From the sequence record MH675927.1: a DNA stretch of 64,000 bases; one strand, 5' to 3'. Below the pieces are notes generated by a model. The model was not told the DNA's origin, made no database searches, and worked only from the letters and a program-made list of their open reading frames with translations. This document shows positions 1 to 9,306 of this stretch, piece after piece. The stretch is from Escherichia phage vB_vPM_PD114. The position numbers and the translations under genes are program-made. Every line of letters starts with the position of its first letter. Within the stretch, counting starts at the first letter, position 1.

Positions 1-837
1 TGGATCTTAAACAATATTGGGTCTTGGATTCGCTATATGCAAGATGAATTCTTCCCAACATTGCCTACGACATATCTTCCTATAGTCGGTACTAAAATTA
101 CAATGGCAGGTGATGCTACAGGTGAAGTTACATGGAATGGTAATGCTGCTGTAACATTATCTATTCAAGTCGTAGATAACAGTCACAATCACTTATCAGC
201 TAACATTACAGACGCAACATCAAGCCAAGTTGTAGGGAATGTCCTTGTTAAGCGTGATAATGGTGGTGCTATCTATGCAGGTGATATTTACACTTGTGGT
301 ACAGGTGCTACAGATCCTGCAACATTATTTTTTAGAAACTATAATGGACAAACAGTAGGCAATATGTCTTCTGAACCAGGTGCAGGTGATCAACTCTATA
401 TTTATAGAATAAATCCATCTACTGGAGGAACATCTTGTGGAGTCCGTTTGTATGATGCAGGTTATGTTTTAATAGACAATCCTCGTTCTAATTCTGGTCA
501 AGATACTGGCAATGGTAATGCTCTTGTAAGATTAGATTATCTTAACTCAAGACTAAACTCATTGCAAAGTACACTGCAAAATAATATTAACAACGTTAAT
601 AGCAACTTGCAAGGCCAAATTAATAACATTAACAATAGAGTTTCTTCTGTTGTGTCTTCTATCCGTCTAGGAGCACGTATCCAAGCTGGTGTGTCCGAGT
701 CTCGTTTCTATGCTGGTCACGTGATCACAGGTTGGGGCTTTGGTGATAAGAAAGAACTTCGTGGTGCTTGGTATTGGTCAGCCCCGCTACAATATTATAT
801 TAATGGTAGCTGGATAACAGTAACCAACGTTTCATAA
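1..837 (+). CDS. tail fiber protein, C-terminal part (5-prime partial)
   Basis: Frame 1 is open from nt 1 to TAA at 835-837; G/S/T/N-rich fibre-like composition; directly followed by a fibre assembly chaperone gene. Confidence 0.55.
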   Translation, partial: WILNNIGSWIRYMQDEFFPTLPTTYLPIVGTKITMAGDATGEVTWNGNAAVTLSIQVVDNSHNHLSANITDATSSQVVGNVLVKRDNGGAIYAGDIYTCGTGATDPATLFFRNYNGQTVGNMSSEPGAGDQLYIYRINPSTGGTSCGVRLYDAGYVLIDNPRSNSGQDTGNGNALVRLDYLNSRLNSLQSTLQNNINNVNSNLQGQINNINNRVSSVVSSIRLGARIQAGVSESRFYAGHVITGWGFGDKKELRGAWYWSAPLQYYINGSWITVTNVS

Positions 838-846
838 GGAGAGTCT

Positions 847-1398
847 ATGAAAAAAGATGTTATTTTTACAGGTTTTGAATTGTACGAACCGGAATTAACA
901 GAGGAGAACATTCTTTATCTTTCTGTTGGCGGTGGTTTTTTGCAAGACAAGGATGGTAATGATTGGTATCAACTTCAAAAAACTTTGATGGCTGAATATC
1001 CCGACGCTTATTTCATTACCTTAGATGATAATAATATTGTACGTGGTGCTACTAAAGATGTTACTACCTATTTCCCTGCCGGACAATCTATTTTAGTTAC
1101 ATATAATGCACCAGATAAAATAGAAGATGAAAGTAATATTGGCTCTTGGCAATATGTTGAAGGTAAATTTGTTCCTCACAATAGTCTTGCTATTGAAGAT
1201 GCTACTCTTAAGTTAGAAAAGGAGTTAACTTGGGCTACGAATCAAGTGTCTGCGATTCAAGATTTAGAGGAATTACAAGGTTTATCTCAAGAACAAAAAG
1301 ATTGGTTAGGAAAAGTTAAACTATATCGTGCAACACTGATTCAAATTAACGTTGAAGATGCACCTAATATAACTTGGCCTACAAGACCTAAGAAATAG
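847..1398 (+). CDS. tail fiber assembly protein (chaperone)
   Basis: GGAG RBS before ATG 847; C-terminal QKDWLGKVKLYRATLIQINVEDAPNITWP resembles the conserved C-terminus of caudoviral tail fibre assembly proteins; sits after a fibre gene. Confidence 0.55.
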   Translation: MKKDVIFTGFELYEPELTEENILYLSVGGGFLQDKDGNDWYQLQKTLMAEYPDAYFITLDDNNIVRGATKDVTTYFPAGQSILVTYNAPDKIEDESNIGSWQYVEGKFVPHNSLAIEDATLKLEKELTWATNQVSAIQDLEELQGLSQEQKDWLGKVKLYRATLIQINVEDAPNITWPTRPKK

Positions 1399-1407
1399 GG
1401 GTAATGT

Positions 1408-1749
1408 ATGGAGCTAACAGAAGTATGGGATATCGCTAAAGAGGCGATTATCCCTCTTATTGGTGTAATCTGGGTGGTCTTCAAACAGAAGATAGATGAT
1501 ATGGCAAGTGATTTGGACAAAATGGAAGAGAAATACCGTGAACTAGAAAAGAAGTTGGTGTTTGTTGAATCCACTTATGCTACCAAAGCAGAACTTGCTC
1601 AAATGCTTAACCAGATCAACTCTACATTAATGGCAAATAATACTGCCTTAGAACAGAAGATTGAAAAAATAATGGATTTAAAAAATGCTCCTGTTCAATT
1701 AATGCTAGAGGAGATTACGAAGCGCACACAAAGTAAGGACAAAAATTAA
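1408..1749 (+). CDS. hypothetical protein, N-terminal membrane anchor plus coiled coil
   Basis: 113-aa ORF; hydrophobic AIIPLIGVIWVVF then charged heptad-like region; no recognisable catalytic motif. Confidence 0.45.
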   Translation: MELTEVWDIAKEAIIPLIGVIWVVFKQKIDDMASDLDKMEEKYRELEKKLVFVESTYATKAELAQMLNQINSTLMANNTALEQKIEKIMDLKNAPVQLMLEEITKRTQSKDKN

Positions 1750-4163
1750 TGGCGAATTTTCCAACATATCCTGCTACGACACTAGAACAAGGTGTTGATC
1801 TGGTTATATTCTCGTCTAACCAGATGCATGATGTTATTAACGGGGATGCTACAGCAACTGTAGAAACCGAAACAGGTTTAATACCTACACTGCGTAAAGC
1901 ACTTGTTGATAACTTCTTCTTTAAGAGTCCTGTTGCTTGGTCAGCAGGATCAACTGAAACTGTATTTAACCAGTTACGTTATTTTGAAAACGGCATCTTG
2001 AGTGGGTACTACTATGCCCCATCTGCCACTACTGCGAACCCTGTACCTATGCAGGGTACACCTGTAGGAGACAGTAACTGGACTCTGTACGCTCTTAAAA
2101 CTGAACAGTTAGCTTCAGATGTGTATCCTTGGTATTTTAAAGGTGCTACAGGATATGAAACAGAAATCAGTCCTCCTTATATCTTTGATAATGCTATTGT
2201 CACCATTAACGGTGTAATTCAGATTCAAGGTGAAGCATTTACTATCAAAGATAGTAAAATTATTCTGGCAGAACCATTAGGTTTAGATCCGTCTACTGGT
2301 CTACCTAACAAATTGTTTGCTTTTATTGGTAAAACAACAGCCTCTACTTCTTATGTAGAGAAAAACCTTTTGTCATCTACCACTGGTGCAGCAATGGTTG
2401 GTCTTCCATCTGGAGGCAACCTGTTACAAGCTCAATACTTTGTAACGCCTGAACAGTTTGGTGCAATTGGTGATGGAGTTACCGATGATACTCAAGCAAT
2501 TCTAAAAACCATTACTTTCGCTAACACGAATAACATTCAAGTACGTGCAGATAAGAATTATAGATTCACAAGCTCAATTGCTATGTCTGGTATTCGTTGG
2601 TATGGTGGTACATTCACTGGTAACGGTGGAACAATGATTTCTACTGTGTCCTGTTGGATTGAAAACGTTCGCTTTGAAAAATGTTATGTTAAGATGTTAG
2701 GTGGTGATTGTCGATTCTATCGTAATATCTTCTCCAACGCAACATCTACAGCAGCATTTTTAATGCAAGCAATGACAAGTGAAGGTACGTTGGACTTCAG
2801 TTACAACGAAATGTATGGTTGTAAATATGCGATCCTGCAACAAGGTACTGGAGAAGTAATGACCTATGGGCGTTACTCTAACAACTACATTCACGATATC
2901 AAAGGTGATGCTATTGAACTTAACGTAGTTCAAAGACACTACACTGAAGGTTTGATCATCGAGAATAACCACATTGCTAACGTAGATGCTTCTGGACAAG
3001 GTGCAAACTGGGGTATTGGTATTGGTGTAGCAGGTAGTGGCCCATATGGTGTTGATGCTCCTGATTCACAATATGTACGTAACTTCAGTATCGTTGGAAA
3101 TAGGGTTTACAATTGCCGTCAATGTCTACACGTTGAAATGGGTAAAAACTTCACAATACGTGATAACGAAGTTTATCCTAACACAGCAGTTTCAACAGGT
3201 ACAGGTTTAACTACTTGTGGTGTTGCATTATACGGATGCCAAGACTTTGAAGTTGATGGTTTAACTGGTTATCTGCTTAATGATCCGTCTGTTTCAACAC
3301 GCATGGTCTTTATTGACTGGGGTGTTAACGGTGGAAGATATGCGGGGCCACCAATTAACTTTACAATTAAGAATTTGGATATTCCAGAATCTTCGATTGA
3401 GATTGCAACTGCTGGATCAGACGACTGGGAAAACTCTACAATTGTTAGTAACATCAATTGTAATGATTTTAAATGGCGTGGGCTACCATCTAGCTCTACT
3501 TTTAATAATATTCGTTGCCGTAGTATTGACTTTATTGGTCAACACGGAAGCGGAGAAGGAAGTGGTGGCGGTTTCTATGCTCGCAGCCAATTCACGTATA
3601 TGAAGTGGGTAGGATGTACAGCACTTAGCGGAGATGAAACAACAGTTTCTTTTGCTAAAATCTACACGGATCGTTGCGATCAGGTTGGAAATAACTTTGG
3701 TGTTCCAACTGCTGTTGATGGTACAGGTCATCGTGGGCCAGTCTTAACCACTATTTCTGAACAATATTTTACAGATTATGATGAATTCCCAGGTGGGCGT
3801 GACTTCCCTACTGGAACAGTTATTCATTGTGCAAGCGGTAAAAAACACGTTGTTACAGCAGGTGGTGCTTTCTTTAGTGATAATGAGAAAATAAAAGCAA
3901 CTGTTACAGGTCAAACCTATCTACAGTCTAATGCTTTAAACTGGGCTAGTAATGGCTACGCTAAAGCAGCAGGTACTAAGATTGTTATTCCAGGTGCAGG
4001 AGCAAATGGTGGCGATCTTGTGACAACTATAGCACGTGCTACATATGTGACAAATAGTTTGTACACAATAGATATTGCAGATCCAATTGTAACACCTACA
4101 GCAGAGAATACACAAATTAAAGCTCTGAACCCTGTTACTTTTGTTACTGTCAATAATGCTTAA
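1749..4163 (+). CDS. tailspike / tail fiber protein with right-handed beta-helix (pectin-lyase-like) domain, possible depolymerase
   Basis: 804-aa ORF; repeated Asn/Gly-rich beta-helix rungs (NNHIANVDASGQG, VGNRVYNCRQCLHVEMGKNFTIRDNEVY); ATG overlaps upstream stop. Confidence 0.6.
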   Translation: MANFPTYPATTLEQGVDLVIFSSNQMHDVINGDATATVETETGLIPTLRKALVDNFFFKSPVAWSAGSTETVFNQLRYFENGILSGYYYAPSATTANPVPMQGTPVGDSNWTLYALKTEQLASDVYPWYFKGATGYETEISPPYIFDNAIVTINGVIQIQGEAFTIKDSKIILAEPLGLDPSTGLPNKLFAFIGKTTASTSYVEKNLLSSTTGAAMVGLPSGGNLLQAQYFVTPEQFGAIGDGVTDDTQAILKTITFANTNNIQVRADKNYRFTSSIAMSGIRWYGGTFTGNGGTMISTVSCWIENVRFEKCYVKMLGGDCRFYRNIFSNATSTAAFLMQAMTSEGTLDFSYNEMYGCKYAILQQGTGEVMTYGRYSNNYIHDIKGDAIELNVVQRHYTEGLIIENNHIANVDASGQGANWGIGIGVAGSGPYGVDAPDSQYVRNFSIVGNRVYNCRQCLHVEMGKNFTIRDNEVYPNTAVSTGTGLTTCGVALYGCQDFEVDGLTGYLLNDPSVSTRMVFIDWGVNGGRYAGPPINFTIKNLDIPESSIEIATAGSDDWENSTIVSNINCNDFKWRGLPSSSTFNNIRCRSIDFIGQHGSGEGSGGGFYARSQFTYMKWVGCTALSGDETTVSFAKIYTDRCDQVGNNFGVPTAVDGTGHRGPVLTTISEQYFTDYDEFPGGRDFPTGTVIHCASGKKHVVTAGGAFFSDNEKIKATVTGQTYLQSNALNWASNGYAKAAGTKIVIPGAGANGGDLVTTIARATYVTNSLYTIDIADPIVTPTAENTQIKALNPVTFVTVNNA

Positions 4164-4165
4164 TT

Positions 4166-4189
4166 AAAAGGGGCTTTCGCCCCTTTATA
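4166..4189 (+). terminator. rho-independent terminator (GGGGC-TTTC-GCCCC hairpin plus T-run)
   Basis: Stem GGGGC/GCCCC followed by TTTAT, just after stop of 1749-4163; same hairpin recurs at 15324-15337. Confidence 0.6.
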
Positions 4190-4203
4190 AAAGGAGTAGT
4201 AAA

Positions 4204-6165
4204 GTGATTTTAACACGTCCAAATAGTGCCATTGCAGACATGGTAGAGTCTCGCTATAGAAAGCGTAGAAGTTTTGCAAGTGGTTTTACCTTAAGAGATG
4301 CTCGTGAAGCATTGCTCTTTGAAGCTGACGGTAACTACTATCAGTGGAAAGGTTCTCTACCTAAAGTTGTACCTGCTAACTCTACTCCTACATCTACTGG
4401 AGGGATTTCAGATACAGCTTGGAAAAATGTGGGTAATGCAGATGACATTGCTCAAATAGAATCAGAATTAGATGCTATTGAAGCTGAAATTGAAGATCTT
4501 AGAGAATCCATCCCAGAAGCTGGTAAATCAGCTTACCAGATGGCCGTAGACAATGGTTTCCAAGGTACTGAGACACAGTGGTTGGCTTCTTTAAAAGGTG
4601 ATCCAGGTGCTCCATTAAAGCTATTAGGGACACTATCTAATACCAACCAATTACCTACAAGTGGAAACAATGCAGGGGATGCATGGATTGTAGGCGAGAA
4701 TATGTATGCTTGGGATGGTACTGCTTGGAGAAAAGTAAACTCACAGGGGCCAGAAGGTAAATCTGCTTATGAAGTATGGCTTGCAGCAGGAAACGAAGGT
4801 ACAGAACTAGATTATCTTGCCGCAATTAAAGGTGATAAAGGGGAGCCTGGCCCAGAGGGGCCACAAGGTGTGCCAGGTAACAATGCTAATGGTTTTGATT
4901 ACCAAGGTGCAGCTAATTCCGTTTCAGATCTTCCTTCTGCATCTCATGGAAACACATCTCAAGCATGGAGTGTTGGTACATATCTATACGTGTCAAACGG
5001 TGTAGAATGGATCAATATGGGCGCTATAGTGGGGCCAAAAGGAGATAAAGGCGACAAAGGAGATAAGGGTAACACTGGTGATTCAGCTTATCAAGTCTGG
5101 TTAAATGCTGGTAACGTTGGTACTATTGACGAATATATTGCCTCTCTGAAAGGAGAAAAAGGTGATAAGGGAGACAAGGGTGATCAAGGTGAACAGGGTA
5201 TACAAGGCTTGACGGGGCCAACTGGTGCAGGGTTGACCATTATTGACATTCTGACTAGCACTTCTGAACTGCCACAAACTGGAGAAGAGGGTGATGGTTA
5301 TCTGATCAATAATGAACTTTGGGTCTGGTTGCAAGGAGCCACAGAGTGGACAAATGTTGGTCGTTTAGCTGGTACTCCAATCACTGCAAAAGGACACGTT
5401 GCGTCTGCAAGTGCACTTCCTCCTACAGCTAATTACGGTGATGCTTATCTGACGGAAGATACAGGTCATCTTTACATTTACACCTATGATGAACAAACTC
5501 AAACTGCTGAATATGTAGATATGGGTAGTTTGAAAGGTGATAAGGGTGAAAAAGGTGACGCTGGTACTAACGGTACAGACGGTGCAACTTGGATTGTTAA
5601 AACAACAGATCCAATCTCTAGTGATGGTAAACAAGGTGATTATGCCTTTAATATCTCCACTGGCGAGGTGTTCTTAAAAACATCTGCAACTGTCTGGACT
5701 TCTCAAGGTACACTACCTAGTATCACAGATGCACCTAGTGATGGTAAGACTTATGCTCGTAAAGATGGAGCATGGGAAGAACTCACTAGTTCTGTAGATG
5801 GTCAAGATATAGTTCCAACAAAAGTAACAACTAATTTTATAGAGGTTACAGCATATACCAACAATTCTGTTACAGGGGACTGGACACCTCCAGGAACACA
5901 TAACATGAATGTGTTGAATCTTACTGGTAACTCTACTATAAAAGCATGGCCTGGTGTCGAAGATAGCACAAAACCTAAACCATTCTCTGCAATAGTTTAT
6001 CTTATCCAAGATGCCACTGGAGGTCATACTGTTACTTTAGATCCATCTTACAAAGTAATTGGTTCTAGTGATATTAATACAGATCCTAACGGAGTAACAA
6101 TACTACAACTAACATATTGTGGTGTTGGCGATTACGTGGATGCTATTGTTGCTAAACGCACATAA
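4204..6165 (+). CDS. tail fiber protein with collagen-like Gly-X-Y repeats
   Basis: GTG start with GGAG RBS; GDKGDKGDKG and GEKGDKGDKGDQGEQGIQGLTGPTGAG runs; 653 aa. Confidence 0.65.
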   Translation: MILTRPNSAIADMVESRYRKRRSFASGFTLRDAREALLFEADGNYYQWKGSLPKVVPANSTPTSTGGISDTAWKNVGNADDIAQIESELDAIEAEIEDLRESIPEAGKSAYQMAVDNGFQGTETQWLASLKGDPGAPLKLLGTLSNTNQLPTSGNNAGDAWIVGENMYAWDGTAWRKVNSQGPEGKSAYEVWLAAGNEGTELDYLAAIKGDKGEPGPEGPQGVPGNNANGFDYQGAANSVSDLPSASHGNTSQAWSVGTYLYVSNGVEWINMGAIVGPKGDKGDKGDKGNTGDSAYQVWLNAGNVGTIDEYIASLKGEKGDKGDKGDQGEQGIQGLTGPTGAGLTIIDILTSTSELPQTGEEGDGYLINNELWVWLQGATEWTNVGRLAGTPITAKGHVASASALPPTANYGDAYLTEDTGHLYIYTYDEQTQTAEYVDMGSLKGDKGEKGDAGTNGTDGATWIVKTTDPISSDGKQGDYAFNISTGEVFLKTSATVWTSQGTLPSITDAPSDGKTYARKDGAWEELTSSVDGQDIVPTKVTTNFIEVTAYTNNSVTGDWTPPGTHNMNVLNLTGNSTIKAWPGVEDSTKPKPFSAIVYLIQDATGGHTVTLDPSYKVIGSSDINTDPNGVTILQLTYCGVGDYVDAIVAKRT

Positions 6166-6167
6166 TC

Positions 6168-6193
6168 AAAGCCCCTTCGGGGGCTTATTATTT
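6168..6193 (+). terminator. rho-independent terminator
   Basis: GCCCC-TTCG-GGGGC hairpin followed by TTATTATTT, immediately after stop at 6165. Confidence 0.65.
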
Positions 6194-6204
6194 AAGGAGA
6201 TTAA

Positions 6205-8091
6205 ATGTATCCTATTCCTTTATTTATGTCAACAACATCAGCTTCAGTAGTAACAGCTACGTCTATAACCACTTCCTCTATTGGTATTGCAATAGTTGGT
6301 AGTAAAAAGCAACTGACATACACAGTTTCACCAGAAGATGGTGCGTTATTTGATATAGCTTTTTCATCTTCAGATAATACCAAAATGGTTATAGATAATA
6401 ACGGTATGATGGAGTTTGTTGCTGAAGGCGGTTTTGATGCAATAATGACAGCTAAAAATAATTTAGGTGCTGTCTTAACTGATCAATCTGGTGGCTATGC
6501 TTCAGAATTAAGTGTGTACACTGAAAGTCTGTCTGCTATGGATGCAGGAACTACTCAACAATTGGTTGCTACAATCAGTCCAGAAGGTGCTAAAGACCTT
6601 CCAGACATGGTAATTACGTACACCACAACAGATCCAGAAGTAGCTACTGTAAGCCCTACAGGATTAATAACTGCTCTTAAAGATGGCAGTTGCCGTATAG
6701 GTTGTACTGCAACTTATCAAGGAACAGTGGTGGCCTCTGATAGTTCTTATTTAGGTGTTAATGCTATTCCTGTTATTTCTAATGTAACAGCCGTGGCAAA
6801 CAGCTATGGAGACATTCGTGTTGCTTGGGATGTAGCTGATCCGCTAGATGGTGATACTTATACTGTAGAAGTATTAGATTTAAGTAATAACAGTGTCCAG
6901 TGGACTACAACAACCACGAATACTTACGCTTACTTTGATATCTCTGACTCTATTCCTCTTTATGGGTTTGCTCCAACATACCTTAAAATTAGCGTTAAGA
7001 GCACCAAAGCAGCACCCGTTATCTTTAATAACTCAATAGCTACAGATGATTCATTCATTAAAGAAGTTATTGTCTTTGCTGGACAAGATAACGTAAATGC
7101 ACACTTTACAGAATTATCTGGTGCAAATAAAGCAGCAATGAGTAGCACAACAGCCCGTAACGCATATGCTACGCAACGTGGTTTAGCAAATGCTGAAGTT
7201 CTTCCGTTAAATGCAGCTTCTGGATCATCAGCAGCAGATAAATATGCAGATGATAAAGCCGGAACAGGTACACCAGACAACTACTGGTATGATCTGGATA
7301 ACGCAGCAGATGGGCCATGCTTAACTAATTTTATCACTAAAGTCACACCTTATGCAAGTAAGGTTAAAGCAATTATTTGGGGACAAGGTGAAAACGATGC
7401 TGTATCAGCATCTTCGACTGTTGCAGGTAGGTACAGTAACACTACACGTTACCATGATGCTACGATAGCTATCTTTGATAAGATGCGTACAATAGTTCCT
7501 GCTTCTCAAGCAAAAATTGTTTGGCAGATCCTAGGACGTTCTTATCTATATGGTGTAGAAGTTAATGGTGTGGATTGGCAGAAATACAGAAATGTACAAA
7601 GAACCATCTCTACAGCACGTGACGATGTTATCATTGGTTCTTGGGTGGATGGTGCTGAACGCTACAGTGGTTATGTTTATGAAGAAGGTATTGATGGTCG
7701 TATCCATTATGTTTCTTCTGTATATCAAACAGCAGCTACAAAACTTGCTAAATCAGCAGCAGACGGTACAGACTTAACATCAACACCGCCTGTTTGGGTT
7801 GATATGTCTGTTCCAACAGGAGGAGCCGCTGTAAGACAAGCTAACCAAGATGCAATTATTTCTTGGGAACCAGCAGGATATACCAAACATTACTTCCGAA
7901 ATGTAAACGTCCTCACAGCAGCAATTCTTACAGAACAAACTCTTGATACTAACACTTACACATTTACTTATGCAGATCAGGTTGAACAATACGGGTTTGC
8001 AGCAGGTACAACAGTGTTTGATGTTGCACACTATGATGCTGATAATGACGTGTTATCACCTCTTGTCAGATTTACAGTTAATATTACATAA
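6205..8091 (+). CDS. tail fiber / receptor-binding protein with Ig-like (Big_2-type) domain and C-terminal SASA/SGNH-like esterase-like domain
   Basis: RBS AAGGAG; Big_2-like segment ATVSPTGLITALKDGSCRI; C-terminal blocks VIVFAGQDNV and KAIIWGQGENDA resemble sialate O-acetylesterase (SASA) blocks GQSN and WxQGESD. Confidence 0.55.
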   Translation: MYPIPLFMSTTSASVVTATSITTSSIGIAIVGSKKQLTYTVSPEDGALFDIAFSSSDNTKMVIDNNGMMEFVAEGGFDAIMTAKNNLGAVLTDQSGGYASELSVYTESLSAMDAGTTQQLVATISPEGAKDLPDMVITYTTTDPEVATVSPTGLITALKDGSCRIGCTATYQGTVVASDSSYLGVNAIPVISNVTAVANSYGDIRVAWDVADPLDGDTYTVEVLDLSNNSVQWTTTTTNTYAYFDISDSIPLYGFAPTYLKISVKSTKAAPVIFNNSIATDDSFIKEVIVFAGQDNVNAHFTELSGANKAAMSSTTARNAYATQRGLANAEVLPLNAASGSSAADKYADDKAGTGTPDNYWYDLDNAADGPCLTNFITKVTPYASKVKAIIWGQGENDAVSASSTVAGRYSNTTRYHDATIAIFDKMRTIVPASQAKIVWQILGRSYLYGVEVNGVDWQKYRNVQRTISTARDDVIIGSWVDGAERYSGYVYEEGIDGRIHYVSSVYQTAATKLAKSAADGTDLTSTPPVWVDMSVPTGGAAVRQANQDAIISWEPAGYTKHYFRNVNVLTAAILTEQTLDTNTYTFTYADQVEQYGFAAGTTVFDVAHYDADNDVLSPLVRFTVNIT

Positions 8092-8092
8092 A

Positions 8093-8124
8093 CAAAAAGG
8101 AGCCATTAGGCTCCTTTTCTTTTA
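8093..8124. terminator. bidirectional rho-independent terminator between converging modules
   Basis: GGAGCC-ATTA-GGCTCC hairpin flanked by an A-run upstream and a T-run downstream; lies between the plus-strand fibre genes and the minus-strand genes. Confidence 0.65.
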
Positions 8125-8126
8125 TC

Positions 8127-8558
8127 TTAATCAGTGAAAATTACGCTTACATCTTCTTTAGAGAAGAGTTTATGATCTTCACCTTTTGTCTCAAGAGTTT
8201 CATACAGGTTAAGAAGTTCTGAAACATCTTTCTCTACTAGTTTCTTCAATGTTGCAATTTTCTGTTTGCGATTTTTAATACGTTCAGCTACAACCTTACG
8301 TTGGTATCCAGCAGTACGATAACCTGAGAAAGTTACACCAGTAAGACTTGCAGTTACAGGATCGTAGTGACGTTCAATCTGAAATTTATTAAAAGGTACA
8401 GCGTCATCACGAATAATCTTACCGCCATTACTTACTTGACGAAGACCAGTAACTTGTTCCAGTCGTGCCATAGAAATCTTTGGAGACAGACCAGAGTCCA
8501 GGTTCATACCGTTGTTAATCAGTGCTTTCAGGGTGATTTTGCTGTTCAGTGTACTCAT
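8127..8558 (-). CDS. hypothetical protein
   Basis: 143-aa ORF directly downstream of the methyltransferase gene with 44-nt overlap; no recognisable motif. Confidence 0.4.
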   Translation of the reverse strand: MSTLNSKITLKALINNGMNLDSGLSPKISMARLEQVTGLRQVSNGGKIIRDDAVPFNKFQIERHYDPVTASLTGVTFSGYRTAGYQRKVVAERIKNRKQKIATLKKLVEKDVSELLNLYETLETKGEDHKLFSKEDVSVIFTD

Positions 8559-9246
8559 TTAGTCGTTCCTCCGCTTGCTTAAAAATATTTACATCGGCTT
8601 CACAGCCTAAGTATTCTCTACCTGTTAAAAGTGCCGCAACTTGTGTTGTTGCACTTCCAGAGAAGAAGTCTAAGACTACATCTCCTTCGTTGGTATGTAT
8701 ATTAATAAGGTCACAAAACAAAGTCAAGTGTTTTTGTGTTGGATGAAAACGATCTGCTCCTTGATAGATAGGATACTCAAACACACCCTTATGGTAGGAA
8801 GCATTGAAGGTTGGCTTCGAACCTTTAACACAAACAATAGCCATCTCTTTAGCGTTACTAAGGTAGTTAACACCACTGTTGATGGGTACAGGGTTTGTTT
8901 TAATCCATTCAATAGTACGGAACATACGAAAACCAAGTGGTTCAAGGATCTCACGTAGCTCCTGGATCTTCCAGATATCATACCAAACTATGCAAGTACC
9001 ACCTTTTCTAAGCACCCTATAGGCTTCTTTGAATACTTCTTTAAAGTAAGGAATATCTACAACATCCCAGTCACCAAAGTTGTAAGATACACGGAATCTA
9101 TCCGTATCTTTTCCAGTAGGCTCTCCAGATTGAAAATTTGTGTCACGAGAAATAGCATATGGTGGGTCAGTAAGAATCAAATCTACACTATTGCTTTCGA
9201 GGGTTTGCAGGTAGTTTAATGCAGTGTTGTTTACAAATTCGCTCAT
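8515..9246 (-). CDS. DNA methyltransferase (N6-adenine/N4-cytosine type, DPPY motif)
   Basis: Motif IV LILTDPPYA precedes motif I-like VVLDFFSGSATT (beta-class order); GGAG RBS; no adjacent restriction endonuclease recognised. Confidence 0.75.
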   Translation of the reverse strand: MSEFVNNTALNYLQTLESNSVDLILTDPPYAISRDTNFQSGEPTGKDTDRFRVSYNFGDWDVVDIPYFKEVFKEAYRVLRKGGTCIVWYDIWKIQELREILEPLGFRMFRTIEWIKTNPVPINSGVNYLSNAKEMAIVCVKGSKPTFNASYHKGVFEYPIYQGADRFHPTQKHLTLFCDLINIHTNEGDVVLDFFSGSATTQVAALLTGREYLGCEADVNIFKQAEERLNEYTEQQNHPESTD

Positions 9247-9253
9247 TATATCT

Positions 9254-9285
9254 CCTTCAAAGAAAAGGAGCCGTTAGGCTCCTTA
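9254..9285 (-). terminator. stem-loop, putative terminator or attenuator
   Basis: AAGGAGCC-GTTA-GGCTCCTT hairpin between stop of 9307-10254 and start of the methyltransferase; followed on the minus strand by TTCTTT. Confidence 0.4.
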
Positions 9286-9306
9286 TATTCACACAATATT
9301 TAATTA

